Part shown: in pieces, positions 17,959-32,950 of the stretch
Position numbering within the stretch: position 1 is the first letter of the stretch
How the letters are laid out: each line of letters opens with the position of its first letter
Assembly (NCBI RefSeq): GCF_009914755.1
Contig: NC_060935.1
Source of the DNA: the human T2T-CHM13v2.0 reference genome, Homo sapiens
Reading direction: 5' to 3' (one strand)
DNA length: 64,000 bases
Translations under genes and position numbers: made by a program
The notes under the pieces: generated by a model
Told to the model about the DNA's origin: nothing
What the model saw: the letters and a program-made list of their open reading frames with translations, nothing else
Databases searched by the model: none

Positions 17959-19798
17959 GTCAGTCATACACAATAACATCGTTTATTTTTGAACAACAAT
18001 TTACTCTAGCTTTAAAAAAGAACATATTGTTAATGGGCTTTGCCAATACTGCCTCAGATGTCATTAGGTTTACATGGGTAACGGCAACATGGATAATGGC
18101 AGAGTATATTTGGTTTAAAATAGCAAATCGAGTGTGTATCATTATTTCTCTACATCCATGTTTCTAACTTAATTTTTTTCCTTTACTATAACAACAAATT
18201 GACAATGCATTAATTTAAACGTTCAATTTAAAACCAGCCTTGGAGTTAATGCACTTAAATCGGTAAAAGCAAAGATAACAGCAGGCTAAAAGCTTTGTGT
18301 AAATTGAAAAGCTGTCAACCCAATTGAAATAATTTTGGTTCCACCATGATTTGTCTTCCTATTCTAAAAAAAGACTTACCTAGTTTATTGCAGATTTGGA
18401 AAGTTTGATGGTTCTCTTATGATGTTATGAGAAGGCTTGGGGAAGTTCCCAAAGTTTGTTAGCCGTAAGTTGAATATCTCTCAAAAGAAAAAAAGATATA
18501 TTCTTTTTGAATCAGAGTCTCAAATTATGCTTTAACAGTTTTAGATCATTACTTTTATAGGACACTTCAAATATGACAACTTATGTTGTGTTAAGAGGCT
18601 TATGAAAAATACATAATGCACAAATATATATGATAATAAGTAAATTTATTATAAGAACAAAGCCTTTTATATAAATGATATATTCTTAGTAGAACACAAA
18701 GTGTGGAAACTCCTTAGTTTTAGGTGCATTTTTTAAATCAAAACTGAAGGAGAGGAAAATCAGTTGGTAAAAATCACTCAACCTGAAATGACTTCTCTCA
18801 CACTTCAACTCAAGCTCCTATTAAATAAGTGCTCTAAAACCTGTTGCCTACTCTACACACCGTAGTTCATTAAAGTCTCCCAGCACCATAGTCCTGAGAA
18901 CACAGACAGTTCTTTTAAGTTATATTAAAATAAATAAATACTAACCAGAGAGCCAAGATAATTTAGAGCTACATTAACAGCAGTTTGACTTGAACCTTAA
19001 AGATTGCTTAGTTAAAATCTCTCCCAACATAGAAGAAGCTAGGCTTTCTGGCTTTGGGATCACCGTTCTTTTCACTCCTTGTAGTACTAGCATTTTTTTC
19101 TCTTTTTTTTTTTTATGTCTCTGTCTTACTGTTTTGACTATATAACCACTCTGTTTCCCATACATATCCTCCACCTGAAACACTTGATTCTATTACCCCT
19201 CCCTATGAAAATGTACTCTTAGGAAAAGAGTACATACCCTTTATTTCTATAAAAATACCACATCCTTCTTTTTCTTCTGAAATAATTGCTTAAGAGAAAA
19301 ATTAAAGGAGAGTTCTGATTACCAGTAAGACAGAGTAAGTAGCTGAATATTTTGGAAAAAAAAAATAGGTGGATTGAGAATGAAGACCAGAAATCAATGT
19401 GTCACCAAACGGACAGTGTGTTTCCTCCCCGCTCTGTCCTCTAGTATACTCTGGGCAGAAGTAATACCTGGAAATGGACAGTAGGGCACAGAGAGAGCCC
19501 TAAGAGAAGCCCTCTAGTTTTGGCTTGAAGAGCAGAAAAGGAAACTTCCATTGTCAAAACTTTTAAAAAAGAGAAATAAGTTGAACCACTCTCTGGTTTG
19601 AAGACTTACTATTAAGCTTCAGTAATTGAGATAGCGTGGTATTGGCAAAACACCATACTCATAGATCAATGGAACATAATAGAGTTCGGAAATAGACCAA
19701 TAGAAATATGGTCAATTTATTTTTGACAAAGTTGCAGAAGCATCAATGTAGAAAGAATAATTTTTTTAGGCATTTGGCCTAAAAAATTGGACATCCTT

Positions 19799-20097
19799 GG
19801 CCGGACGTGGTGGCTCACTCCTGTAATCCCAGCACTTTGGGAGGCCAAGGCAGGTGGATCACGAGGTCAGGAGATTGAGACTATCCTGGCTAACATGGTG
19901 AAACCCCATCTCTACTAAAAAATACAAAAAATTAGCCGGGCGTGGTGGCGGGTACCTGTAGTCCCAGCGACTCGGGAGGCCGAGGCAGGAGAATGGCATG
20001 AACCCAGGAGGTGGAGCTTGCAGTGAGCCTAGATTGCACCACTGCACTCCAGCTTGGGTGACAGAGCGAGACTCTGTCTCAAAAAAAAAAAAAAAAA
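19799..20097 (+). mobile_element. AluY with 18-bp TSD aaaaaattggacatcctt
   Basis: Y diagnostics (atcctggctaaca, gaatggcatgaacc, gagcttgcag); TSD at 19781-19798 and 20098-20115. Confidence 0.96.
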
Positions 20098-20101
20098 AAA
20101 A

Positions 20102-20215
20102 AATTGGACATCCTTGTGCAAATAAAAGAAGCATGACTTAGAAATTATTAACCAATAACAATTGGACATCCTTGCGCAAATAAAATAACCATGACTTAGA
20201 AATTATTAACCAATA
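20102..20215 (+). repeat. Tandem duplication, period 58 bp (53/56 identical)
   Basis: 20102-20157 aligned with 20160-20215. Confidence 0.95.
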
Positions 20216-21389
20216 TGTTTTTATGTAAATATTAAATACAGTGGCTTATATATCTAAATACAAACTATAAAACTTTTAGAAGAGAATCTTTGTGATCTAG
20301 TGTTAGGCAAATAATTTTTAAACACTATTCCTAAAGTACAATCTATGAAAGAATAAATTGAAAAAAGTGGACATCAGTAAAGTTAAGAACATTTGTTCTG
20401 TTAAAGACACGATTAAACTTATGAAACGATAACCCATGGCTTGTGATAAAACATGGACAAATCACATCTGCAACAAAATTATTTTTATCTCAAGAGTGTA
20501 AAAAATTCTGAAAACTCAACTGTTAGAAAACAACAAGTTTCAAAATAGACACAAGGCTTGGACACTCCACCAAAGCAGATACAAGGTTGGCAAATATGCA
20601 CATGAAAAGATATTAGCCATTAAAAATTCAAATTGAAACCATGATGAGATATCACTACATACTTATTAGATGGGTTAAAATATAAAATGCTAGCAGTACA
20701 AAGTGCCAAATATATGAAGACATTGGAACTCTTTCAAATTCCTTCTGCAAAAACAAAATAGTATTCACTCTAGAAAACAGTTTTACCATTTCTAATCCAG
20801 TTAACCATACGTTATGTGTCCTAGTAATCCCACTCCTAAGTATTTACCCTAGAGAAACACAAATTTATATTCACATAAAAACCTACAGCAATGTTTGTTA
20901 TAGCTTTATTCATAATCCCTACAACTGGAAACAGCTGAAATATCTTCAACGGGTAAGGGAACTCAACAAATTATGGTACCTATATGCAACGGAGTGCTAC
21001 TCAATAATTGAAAGGAACATACTATTGATGCATACAGTAACTTAACATGAACTGTAAAGGCTGTCTGCTGAATGAAAGAAGCCAGTCTCAAAGGGTTCCA
21101 TGTCATATGATTTCATTGATAAAGCAATCTTGAAAGAACAAAATGGTGATAGAGCACAGACCAGCAGATGCCAGGGTAAGGGTTAGGGAAATGTGTACCT
21201 GAAATAAGATAGTATGAGGGAGCTTTGGGATGATGGAACTCCTCCATTCTAATTGTAGTGGTCATTACATGAATCTTTATATGTGTTAAAATACATCAAG
21301 CTGAATCATCAAGCAGTATCAATTTTACTGTATGATAACTTAAAAATATGGGAAAAATTTGAATGAGAGGATCACATTCCAAAATAGTA

Positions 21390-21770
21390 AAAGGTGACTT
21401 AGATATGTTAAATTAATGCAATTTTCCAGGCCAAAATGTAACATACCAAGTCATTAATAAAATTTAAGTTAATGTGAGTTGTTCAAAAAAGATTGACATC
21501 AAATAAAAAAGGACCCAAGGTTTTGAATTGAATGCATATGGTAATGATAATTATAGATTGTTAAGCTTGATATTGAGGCTCAGTGTAATTTGAGGAGCGA
21601 AATTAAAGAGAAACCAGTTGCAAATTATTACAAAATGCATTATCAATGGATGCTTTTATTTTGTTTAAATATGTCATATCAGAATATTTTTAATTCATTT
21701 TTTGATCAGATTTCTAGGCTAATAGATCTGAGCAATGTAGTAGACAAAGTATACATATTTAATATTCATT
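21390..21770 (+). mobile_element. L3/CR1 LINE RT fragment
   Basis: Translates to DNYRLLSL and SFFDQISRLIDLSNVVDKVY, resembling the CR1 motifs GNYRPVSL and SFFDRVTRLVDxGNAVDVVY. Confidence 0.65.
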
Positions 21771-22013
21771 AATAGAAGTGACCCTGTGAGAAATCTACAG
21801 TATTCTATTAAGTACAGGAATTCCTAGATTATTAGATCCTGTCTCAACACCACATTTTTGACAGAATAAGTAATGCCAAGTATGCATTTAGAGTAATGAC
21901 TTCAGAAAGTTATCAAATAATTTTAAAAATTGATAGCAATAAACAATTCAAGTATTGTCAGAATAAGTCTGCTACCAGATGTAAAGTGTATAGTATGGTA
22001 TATATTGTATAGC

Positions 22014-22350
22014 TACTGTGGTCTGAATGCTGTGTTCATGCACTAAAATCCTAATCCCTAATGTGATCTCATTAGGAGTTGGGGCCATTTGGAAGGTGAT
22101 TAGGCCATGAGGAAGAAGCCTTCATGAATAGGATTAGTTCCCTTATAAAATAGGTCCCAGGGAGCTTGTTTACTCCATCCACCATGTGAATACACAGCAG
22201 GAAGGTGTCATTTTTGAACCAGAAAATGATTCTCACCAGGCACCAAATCTTCTGGTGCCTTCATCCTGGACTTTTCAGACTCCAGAACTGTGAGAAATAC
22301 ATTTCTGTTGTTTATTAGCTACTCAGTTTATGGTATTTTCTTGTAGCAAC
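22014..22350 (+). mobile_element. MLT1A-type LTR
   Basis: tgtggtctgaatg...gtgattaggccatgagg...ctccagaactgtgagaaatacatttctgttg. Confidence 0.85.
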
Positions 22351-22459
22351 ATTTTGAGAAATGTTTAATAAGTTGCTTTAGGTTATACTTAATTTACTGA
22401 GCTAGACTAAAGCCTGATTTCAATGTGCTTTCTGTTAAGTCATGCTTACATATAGTGAT

Positions 22460-22560
22460 GATTAAAAAACAGGTATATTTAAACTAGAAGGTGGAAATAT
22501 GATTCATAGGGAGAATCCAGGGCATGAAAGCTGTTTTAAGATATTTGCAGAGACTGAACA
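22460..22560 (+). mobile_element. L3/CR1 3' fragment
   Basis: gggcatgaaagctgttttaagatatttg resembles the CR1 GDMIAVFKYL coding segment. Confidence 0.4.
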
Positions 22561-22589
22561 TCTAAAAAAAGATGTAGTCAGTTGAGTAC

Positions 22590-22990
22590 TGATTCATTCA
22601 AAAATGATTATTAAGTACCTTCAGGTACTAGACTTGTGGGAGACACTAGGAACGAAATAATAAATAAGGTAGCTGCCAATTCGCTAGGTGCAGAGATAGG
22701 AAAAAGATAAGTAACTTTTCTGGAAGAGTTTTACTATTGATATCAAGGTTTACCTCTAAAAAACGGATTATACAACAATAAGTGTATTTACCTTTTAAAG
22801 TTACTAGATTACCTATATGATCTATTAGAAATTTAAGTTCAAAGGAAATAACATATAGTCTAGCTCATTCCTTTTGAAGATGAGAAAAAAGATCATGTTG
22901 TGTAATTTTAAAACTTATGCTGTCTGTGAAAGAGCATGATCACACAAGTTGCAATCCAGCTAGAATAAAAATTCAAGTCTTCTCCTTCAT
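22590..22990 (-). mobile_element. L2 3' end and MIR relics
   Basis: ttcattcaaaaatgattattaagtacct; ccttttgaagatgagaaaa...cacacaag. Confidence 0.4.
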
Positions 22991-23141
22991 ATGTATTAAT
23001 AATTTCAGCGTATACCTTTAATGGACTTATTGTCTGTTAATCTTAGTTAAATACTATGGAGATGATCCGAAAGACTTAAATAAAATGAAGCATTTAATAT
23101 AAGTTACTTAGCATAGCCTTTAACGAAACAAAAATTTTGAA

Positions 23142-23472
23142 CAGTCATGTGCCCTTTCAGTCAAGGATAGACCACATATACAATGGTAGTCCCCTAAAAT
23201 TATAATATTGCATTTTTACTAGACCTTTGCTGCTTAGATATGTTTAGATACATACTTACCATTGTGTTATAATTGCCTACAATATTCCAAACAGTAATAT
23301 ACTGTACAGGTTTGTGGCCTAGGAGCAATACGCTATACCATATGGCCTAGGTGTGTAGTAGGCAATACCATATAGGCTTGTGTAAGTATGCTTTGTGATG
23401 TCTGTAAAATGCAACACTACCTAATGACACATTTTGCAGAATTTATCCCCATTGCCAAGGATCACATGACAG
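23142..23472 (-). mobile_element. Tigger3a (MER7A-type) MITE
   Basis: cagtcatgtg...cacatgacag termini; cctaggagcaata...cctaggtgtgtagtagg core. Confidence 0.85.
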
Positions 23473-24389
23473 CATATTGAACTGGCTAATACCATTCTTC
23501 TTATTTATTTTTAGAAAGTGAGAGGCAAACTTAATAAAACCACTACAAATAAATATTCAGAAATCCTGTATTATCTTTGAATTTTTGTAATATACTGAGG
23601 TAATAAAAGGTGTGAGATTATGAGTCCAAATGATCAAGATATTGACAACTTAGAATTAAAATAAAATAAAGTAATACTGGTCTTCAAAAAAACTCCTTCT
23701 TCAAGAGTATGAAGGCCCTTGAACTAGAAAAAAAAATGAGCATTTGCGTAATTTGAAGAAGTGTGTTGATTTATACATTTCTGGAGCGTTCCTGGAACCT
23801 TCCCAAGAGTCTAGATGATGACACCAATTGCTTGTCCTCTCCATCAAGGCACACTCCATAAACTTCGTGGATAATATGTCTGCCCAAGGTCTAAATATCT
23901 GGAGTTAAGCTTAAATTTTGCTATTATTCATATAGCTCTAAGGCTGCTTGAAGTTAACTGTGATAAACTGTCCATTTTAGTGAATAATCTGAACAGTAGT
24001 CTCGGTAGCATTGGGTGCAAATTTATTCAAATTGACACTAAGGAAGTCATAGATCTCTGATTTGAAACACGCTGTAGTATTTTTTGTGTGCCAAGAAAGT
24101 TAAAGAAGATAAAGATTTGTCTAGCAAGCGAGCATGAATGCAAATATCAACAGCAAAGCAGCAATTTATGAGCTGTGCTTGCATGATATAGGATGGGTAT
24201 ATCTAAATTTTCAGAAGACTGGTTTCTTGTAATAGATTTTAAGTAATCTGAGAATCGATGGCCCATAAAAAGAAACGAAATGAGGAGAAAAACTTTCAGG
24301 AGACAGAGAAAGCAATATAATACCAAATGAAATAAGGAAAACTAACAGAAATTACTTGAGCAACATTGTCAACACTGACACATGGATTG

Positions 24390-24523
24390 CCTCAATTAAT
24401 AATTACTGCAGTCCTTGGAATCAGTTGTACTATTATCTCCATTTTATACAGGAAGGTCCTTAGGAAGTAAAGTAATTTACCCAAGTTACAGATTTAGCAA
24501 ATTACAGAGTTAGAGTTTGAGCC
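24390..24523 (-). mobile_element. MIR fragment
   Basis: tattatctccattttatacag...aagtaatttacccaagttaca. Confidence 0.6.
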
Positions 24524-25161
24524 AATCATCTCTGTGGAATAAGAATCATTTGATAAAAACATCATGTCACCCCCTTTATTAAAGGTTAATTGGACAGCCA
24601 GCTCCAGAAAATGCCCCTGAAAAATGGAGATTCTTGTTTTGGAATATAGAGAAAGAGATATTGCTGTTTACTGTCTTTTTAGTTTACAAAGATAAAATTA
24701 AATACTGTTGTTTGTTAACTGAGGAACATCTACGTTTTAGCAGCCTCCTGCTCTCATCATTTTTGTTAAGCCCCAAAGTAGCAAGGAGAACTATTGGTTC
24801 AACGAGAAAACAAGAAAAACACTTCCAACAAAGAGTTAGTTCAGATGACTGCTCTGATTGCAGTCAGACACTGGAATCATAAAGCAAAATGCAATAATTC
24901 AGATGTTTCGGGGAAACATAAAATAAAAATGATAACACTGCTTTATATCTTGGAATAATGGATTGTGTTGACAGTGTTTATTTGATATCACACACCAAAG
25001 CAAAAATAAAAGCAAAAGAACAACAAAAGGGGCATGGCAGAGGAAGGCACTTATGAAGTATTTGTTTAAAGCACCACAAATTAGGATCCCCTAACAAAAC
25101 AAATATAGGTCAAAAACATATAGGTTTTCTTTCTTACCAACTGGATAAAAGGAAGACTCTT

Positions 25162-25480
<319 letters not shown>

Positions 25481-26261
25481 TTATAAAAGACCTCCATTAT
25501 TTGGTTATGATTTTCCACTGAAATCATGTTTCATTAGCCTTTCATTCTAATTCATATTGGGCTAAGCATACCTGTTTGCCCTTTACCTTAATTTTGTTTT
25601 TTCCTTATTTGTCTTTTCCCTCCCTTCTCCTGTCACCTACCCACACACCTGAATATATGCTTACACTATATAATCTGCTTCTTCCAGTGCTTATATTGGG
25701 GATGTTCCTTTCATCCAATTTGGATGTTCACTTTTCTCTCTTTCCAACTATTTCTAATGCTCTCACACTTCCCAATATACCTATAAACTTATGTCTTCAA
25801 AAAAGACTTTCTGAATTAATCTGAATTAATAATTTTATACATATTCTACTAAAGGGTTATAAAGAAGAGATAAACTAGGCCAATTAGATATAGTGCATTT
25901 TTTTCTGCTTTCATTAGACTTTCAACCTGAGAAAATTTACATATCAGGGTACCAGTTCACACATGTACACACACACACAAACACACATTCACAGGTTTAT
26001 AACACACACACACACAAATACCAAACAGACATAGACACAAGCACATTCAAGCTAGAGACAAGTAGTCTATGTTATTACACAGTTTGTTGTTGTTTTTAAA
26101 GCAAGACTCAATTAACTGTTAAGTGTGAAAAATGTTTCATTAATATTTAACCCAGCCAACAGTTATTGAGATTCTGGGAAACCAGTAGTAAAACAAACAT
26201 GGAAGTTTATCCTTCAAGGAACTAGTAGCAAAAGGCGAGTTTAACAAGCGCAATTAATTTT

Positions 26262-26830
<569 letters not shown>

Positions 26831-27077
26831 AATTCCAGCACTTTGAGAGGCTGAAGAGGGCAGATCACCCGAGGTCAGGAGTTCAAGACCAGCCTGACAA
26901 AGATGGAGAAACACTGTCTCCACTGAAAATACAAAATTAGCTGGGCATGGCTGTTCATGCCTGTAATCCCAGCTACTCAGGAGGCTGAGGCAGGAGAATC
27001 GTTTGAACCTGGGAGGTGGAGGTTGCAGTGAGCCGAGATCATTGCACTCCAGCCTGGGCAACAAGAGTGAAGCTCCA

Positions 27078-27109
<32 letters not shown>
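26831..27109 (+). mobile_element. AluSp-like, missing about the first 26 nt, A29 tail
   Basis: Starts aattccagcactttg; has cctgac, atggagaaac and caacaagag diagnostics. Confidence 0.95.
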
Positions 27110-27111
<2 letters not shown>

Positions 27112-28665
27112 CTATTTTCATTTTCACTACTTATTGGCAACTTCAGTTAACATTTATAGGATTGTCAGATTGGGAAAATGCTCTCAAGTGTGTTTTTAGA
27201 TAAACTAAACTTTTAAAGTTTTCAAGTTTTTCCATGAATTTGCTTAAGTCTTTTTGAATTATTACTTATTAACCAGTTTGTTATCAATGTACATAATACA
27301 TGGGAATATTTGAGTTTTATCTTATCTTCATCAATGCTACTATTTTGTTTCATATAAATCTCTTTGTCTTATCAAGAGATTTAAAATGTTTCCAGTGTCC
27401 ATGTAGTCCATTCCTCTTAGTTGATTGGATTATCAAACAATGCAAAAACACATCCATTCATTCAAATTTACTTTAATGAGTTGCTGGATTGATAGTATCC
27501 ATTATTTTGGTTAAAATTTATGTATAGATATCAAAATATTTATTGCTTGTTTCTACTTATTTGTAGTCCTTATTTCATAATCATATTAATCTGAATTTTC
27601 TGTTAATTAATTATTTAATGAGCATTTAACTGCTTAATACATTATCTAATAGAATTATTTTTAAAAGTTTCTCTCTTATGTCCAAATCAGACACCAGTAA
27701 TTTCTCACTCGTTTTATTGAAATGCTCCAAAACATCTTTCCAAATTGCACTTAAAGTGGCTTATCAACAAGCTTAATAAATAATGCACCTCTATTAAGAA
27801 CGAATAAATATTTAGTACTTTTTATAACTGGATATGCTACATGATCAAGTATATTTATCAAATGTGGAAATTTCCATTTTCATATCATCAATTAATATTA
27901 ACTCCACTGCTTACAATTTTACACATCTGCAGATAGGTAGAATTTCCATAGACTGTCTTCCAGGGCCATGCATTTCAAATACTTTATTCTTTTATCCCCC
28001 ACAAATTCCAAAGAGTATGTTTGAATCATATATCTGACTTTGCATTTCTCCATCTTGATGCTGATTGAATCAGCCGAGTGGGAAGTACATGTAATCCTAG
28101 AAGCCATTCTAATACCAAGATGAGTAGGAATAACTCAATTATACAGGAAACTGACAGTGAAGCAGAAGAATATATTCTATACAATTTAAACTAAATATTT
28201 CAGCAAGTGAGCTTCCCCATAGCTAGATCATAAAAATGCCTGCAGCCACTTGAGGTTACCCAACATGTTTGATAAAATGAAAGTCAGAATGGAAAGAAGC
28301 AGCAGTCTTAATGGAGTGTGATTAAAATATCTCACTTTTAAAAATTTTACAAAAACGTATGGTTTGGGGAACAAATTTCTAGGTCCTTTCATAAGACATC
28401 AAAAGAAGCCCCTTTTTTTTCAGTATTTCTGAAGCTTAAATTTCACTAGTTTCATGGTTAATCTGCCTGTGAATGTAAAACAGACACAATAAAACCATTT
28501 ACCTCTTTTCTGTTAATCTCTTGATTTATGTTAATTTACATTTTCCTTTATACTTGCATACTGAACCCAACCATGTGTCAATCATGCACATCTTATAACT
28601 GAAATATATTTTAAATTGATACCTATCTTCTGTTTTCTTCCAATTATAACTATGCTGGTCTGTGA

Positions 28666-28990
<325 letters not shown>

Positions 28991-29019
28991 GCAACTCCTT
29001 TTCCTTCTCTGCCCAAATT

Positions 29020-29325
29020 TGTTTTATCACATTGAGCTTCCAAAAGAGCAATATAGACATTTCTCCCTTGCTCATTGTCCTTTAATGCTCTTCATTGTCT
29101 GCTAAATTAGGTACAAACTTCTGAGCCAGAATTCAAGACCTTCTTTAATTTGGCTTTATTCTATCTTTGCGAAATAAGTAATCACAAATAATAGGTATTT
29201 CTAAAGCTATATGTAGTTTTATGCTTTCCTGGAGACCAGAGATTGTTATTTACTTAGTGGATCTTTAATGATTAGCATAGTGCTTTACATATTCTGTTTT
29301 ATTGTTGTAGTTGTTGAATTGAAAT
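29020..29325 (+). mobile_element. L2 3' fragments
   Basis: aattcaagaccttct; tagcatagtgctttacata...ttgttgaattgaa. Confidence 0.45.
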
Positions 29326-29328
29326 AAC

Positions 29329-29749
29329 TATAGGGGAGGAAAAAAATTCTTTACCCCTCATGAGCTCTAAATTGGAACAAAAAAAGAACAGTAAATTTTT
29401 AGAGAAGTGATATGACAAAGAAAAAGGACTGTGAATCTCTCTGGGGGCAACAAATTGTGACAGCTAAATGGCAGATAAAGGCTTGTTAGTGAACCTTGTT
29501 AATGTAGATTCCTCTGGTGTCATCTTCAGGCCCATGGGGGTCTAAAGTTGCCTTGAGAGGTTAACCTTTTTCCTCCTTGTAGGAGGTAGGTGAGTAATAC
29601 CTTTTGTCTGTGTAAATTTGTGTCTTGATATTAGGCAAATGAAGGTCAGAGAGCTTTCTTGCATCTGCTTTTTCTTAATTGCTTTCAGCTCAAAACAGTC
29701 TTCATGCAAAAGAGGCATATTTTGGGGTGGCATAATCTGGTCTCCTACA
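29329..29749 (-). mobile_element. MER34-type LTR (ERV1)
   Basis: Reverse complement begins tgtaggagaccagattatgccaccccaaaatatgcctct. Confidence 0.75.
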
Positions 29750-30289
29750 CTAGCAATATACTGAATTGATATACTGACAAGGTAAATTTTCAAAAGCTGT
29801 ATCTCCCTGAAAATTGTATTTTGTATCACCCAAGTGTCTAGACATTTGCAGGTAAAAAAGATGCTAATCCCAGTTCAAAAGTGATGAACCTGTGTCAGTG
29901 ATCACTTAAGAACATCAAAAAGTGTTCAGATATTATACATAATTATATCTTACTCAGGGAATACCTCAGAAAATAATTAATGTTCAATATAAAGATTACT
30001 TTTGGAAATATTATAAATGATTTGACTTCCATCATTATATCTTGCTGATTCTCTTTATTTATGTTCTATTTGCCCTGATTCACCTCTCCATAGCTACAGT
30101 CCCTCCATTTAAAGGAATCATTCAATATTTTCTAGAATAATGCCAAAACAGCATATATCGCTATCATCAGTTTCTTCCACAGCTAATACATGTTATTCAT
30201 TATTGTCATAGTAGTCTTTCATAAATAATCTTTTATTGTCCATGCTCAAAAATGTTTAAAACCTTCCCATAGTAAATAGGTTTCAAAAC

Positions 30290-30421
30290 ATACCTGTAAT
30301 ACAGATTTCTATGCTTATTTCTTGAGATTCTGATTCAGTAGGCCTAAAATAGAACCAAAACGTTAAATATATTAATGTGTTTCCCAGGTGTTTTCTATTA
30401 TTAGGTGTTTGAGTACCACTG
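30290..30421. mobile_element. MER5-type relic
   Basis: gagattctgattcagtaggcct...cccaggtg...tttgagtaccactg. Confidence 0.55.
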
Positions 30422-30463
30422 CATCCTATGTCAGGTTCAGATAATGTATAACATATTATAACA

Positions 30464-31252
<789 letters not shown>

Positions 31253-31323
31253 TATATATTTAAATAAATATATATTATATACATATGTGTATGCATACAT
31301 AATATTTAAAAATATATATTAAA

Positions 31324-31625
<302 letters not shown>

Positions 31626-31738
31626 CTATACTACATCTATCCATCCATCCATCAATAATCTATCATTCTATGTATGCATATCTATCTATCTATCTTCAAA
31701 TATACACCAGAAATTGCACCACTTTCAGTGGTACCTAA

Positions 31739-32077
<339 letters not shown>

Positions 32078-32784
32078 ACAGTGAGCCTTTTCAGTCTGGA
32101 GATTTGTATCTCTCAAGAATTGGAAATTGTCTTACGTTAACTTATTATTTATATAATAATCTGTGAGCATGTGTTTTGCATATTTCTTATGTTTCTTTCT
32201 AAAATTCTTACCTGTCTACTATAATCAGATTGTATAAACTCTGTTTTCCAAGGCAATTATTCATCTCAAGTAGGTTTAAAAATCATTCGAATTTAGTTTT
32301 TGAATTAGTCTCATTCTTTTTTTCTCCAAGTAACGCATCTTTGAAGTTATTTTACGTATTTTTCTAAACTGAGTTTTATATATTTGTTTCAAAGAAATGA
32401 AATATACTTATTTGACCAAGCAATTTAGTAACCAGCAGGAAGCATTCATGTACTTACTTAATATACACAGGTTCTAATTGTATAGTTTGTAAGTAGAATC
32501 ATTTGATTCAAAACACCTCTGATTAATAGCGATTTTTAAAAATTTCTGCCCTTTCAAACATACTTCGAATAATACATATCTAGTAGTTAATAGTGTCTTC
32601 TAAAACAGTATTCAAAATCACATTTTGTTTGAGATGTTTATTTTATTTTCATTTTAAATATAAATTTTCCTTTAAAAATATATGGCTTCTTAAGTGATCT
32701 TTCATGTTTTTTCCTAGATTGCCCTTATTGAATTATAATGCCATATAACCATCTAGATGCCCATTAGTTTTGCATTTATTCAAT

Positions 32785-32950
32785 ATCTATTCATTGCTTA
32801 GTCATTATTTGCTAGACACTGAACTAAGTACTCAGGAAACAGAAATGAAATATATAAATCTTACTCTTTAGAAGTTCTCTACCTAGCAATAAAATGAGTT
32901 GTTAGTGTCAATTTTAATATGGTGTGATAAATGGTGTAAAATACATAGAA
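32785..32950 (-). mobile_element. L2 3' end fragment
   Basis: tgctagacactgaactaagtactcagga...cttactctttagaagttct. Confidence 0.5.

Larger units (their letters stand above)
19590..21347 (+). mobile_element. Old L1M (MD/ME-like) ORF2 3' end and 3'UTR, interrupted by AluY
   Basis: gtggtattggc...gatcaatggaac...tttttgacaaag; atcccactcctaagtatttaccctagag; terminal aattttactgtatg. Confidence 0.8.

Noticed and set aside
18380-18479. Minus-strand exon-like segment with strong TAG|GTAAGT donor
   Set aside because: Poor GAG acceptor and stops in all frames.
19211-19235. Perfect 10-bp hairpin atgtactctt/aagagtacat, and a 9-bp one at 59241-59264
   Set aside because: About one such stem is expected by chance in 64 kb of AT-rich sequence.
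20102-20215. CRISPR-like or prokaryotic system reading of the repeats
   Set aside because: Only two units, no spacers, no cas genes; the window is primate DNA.
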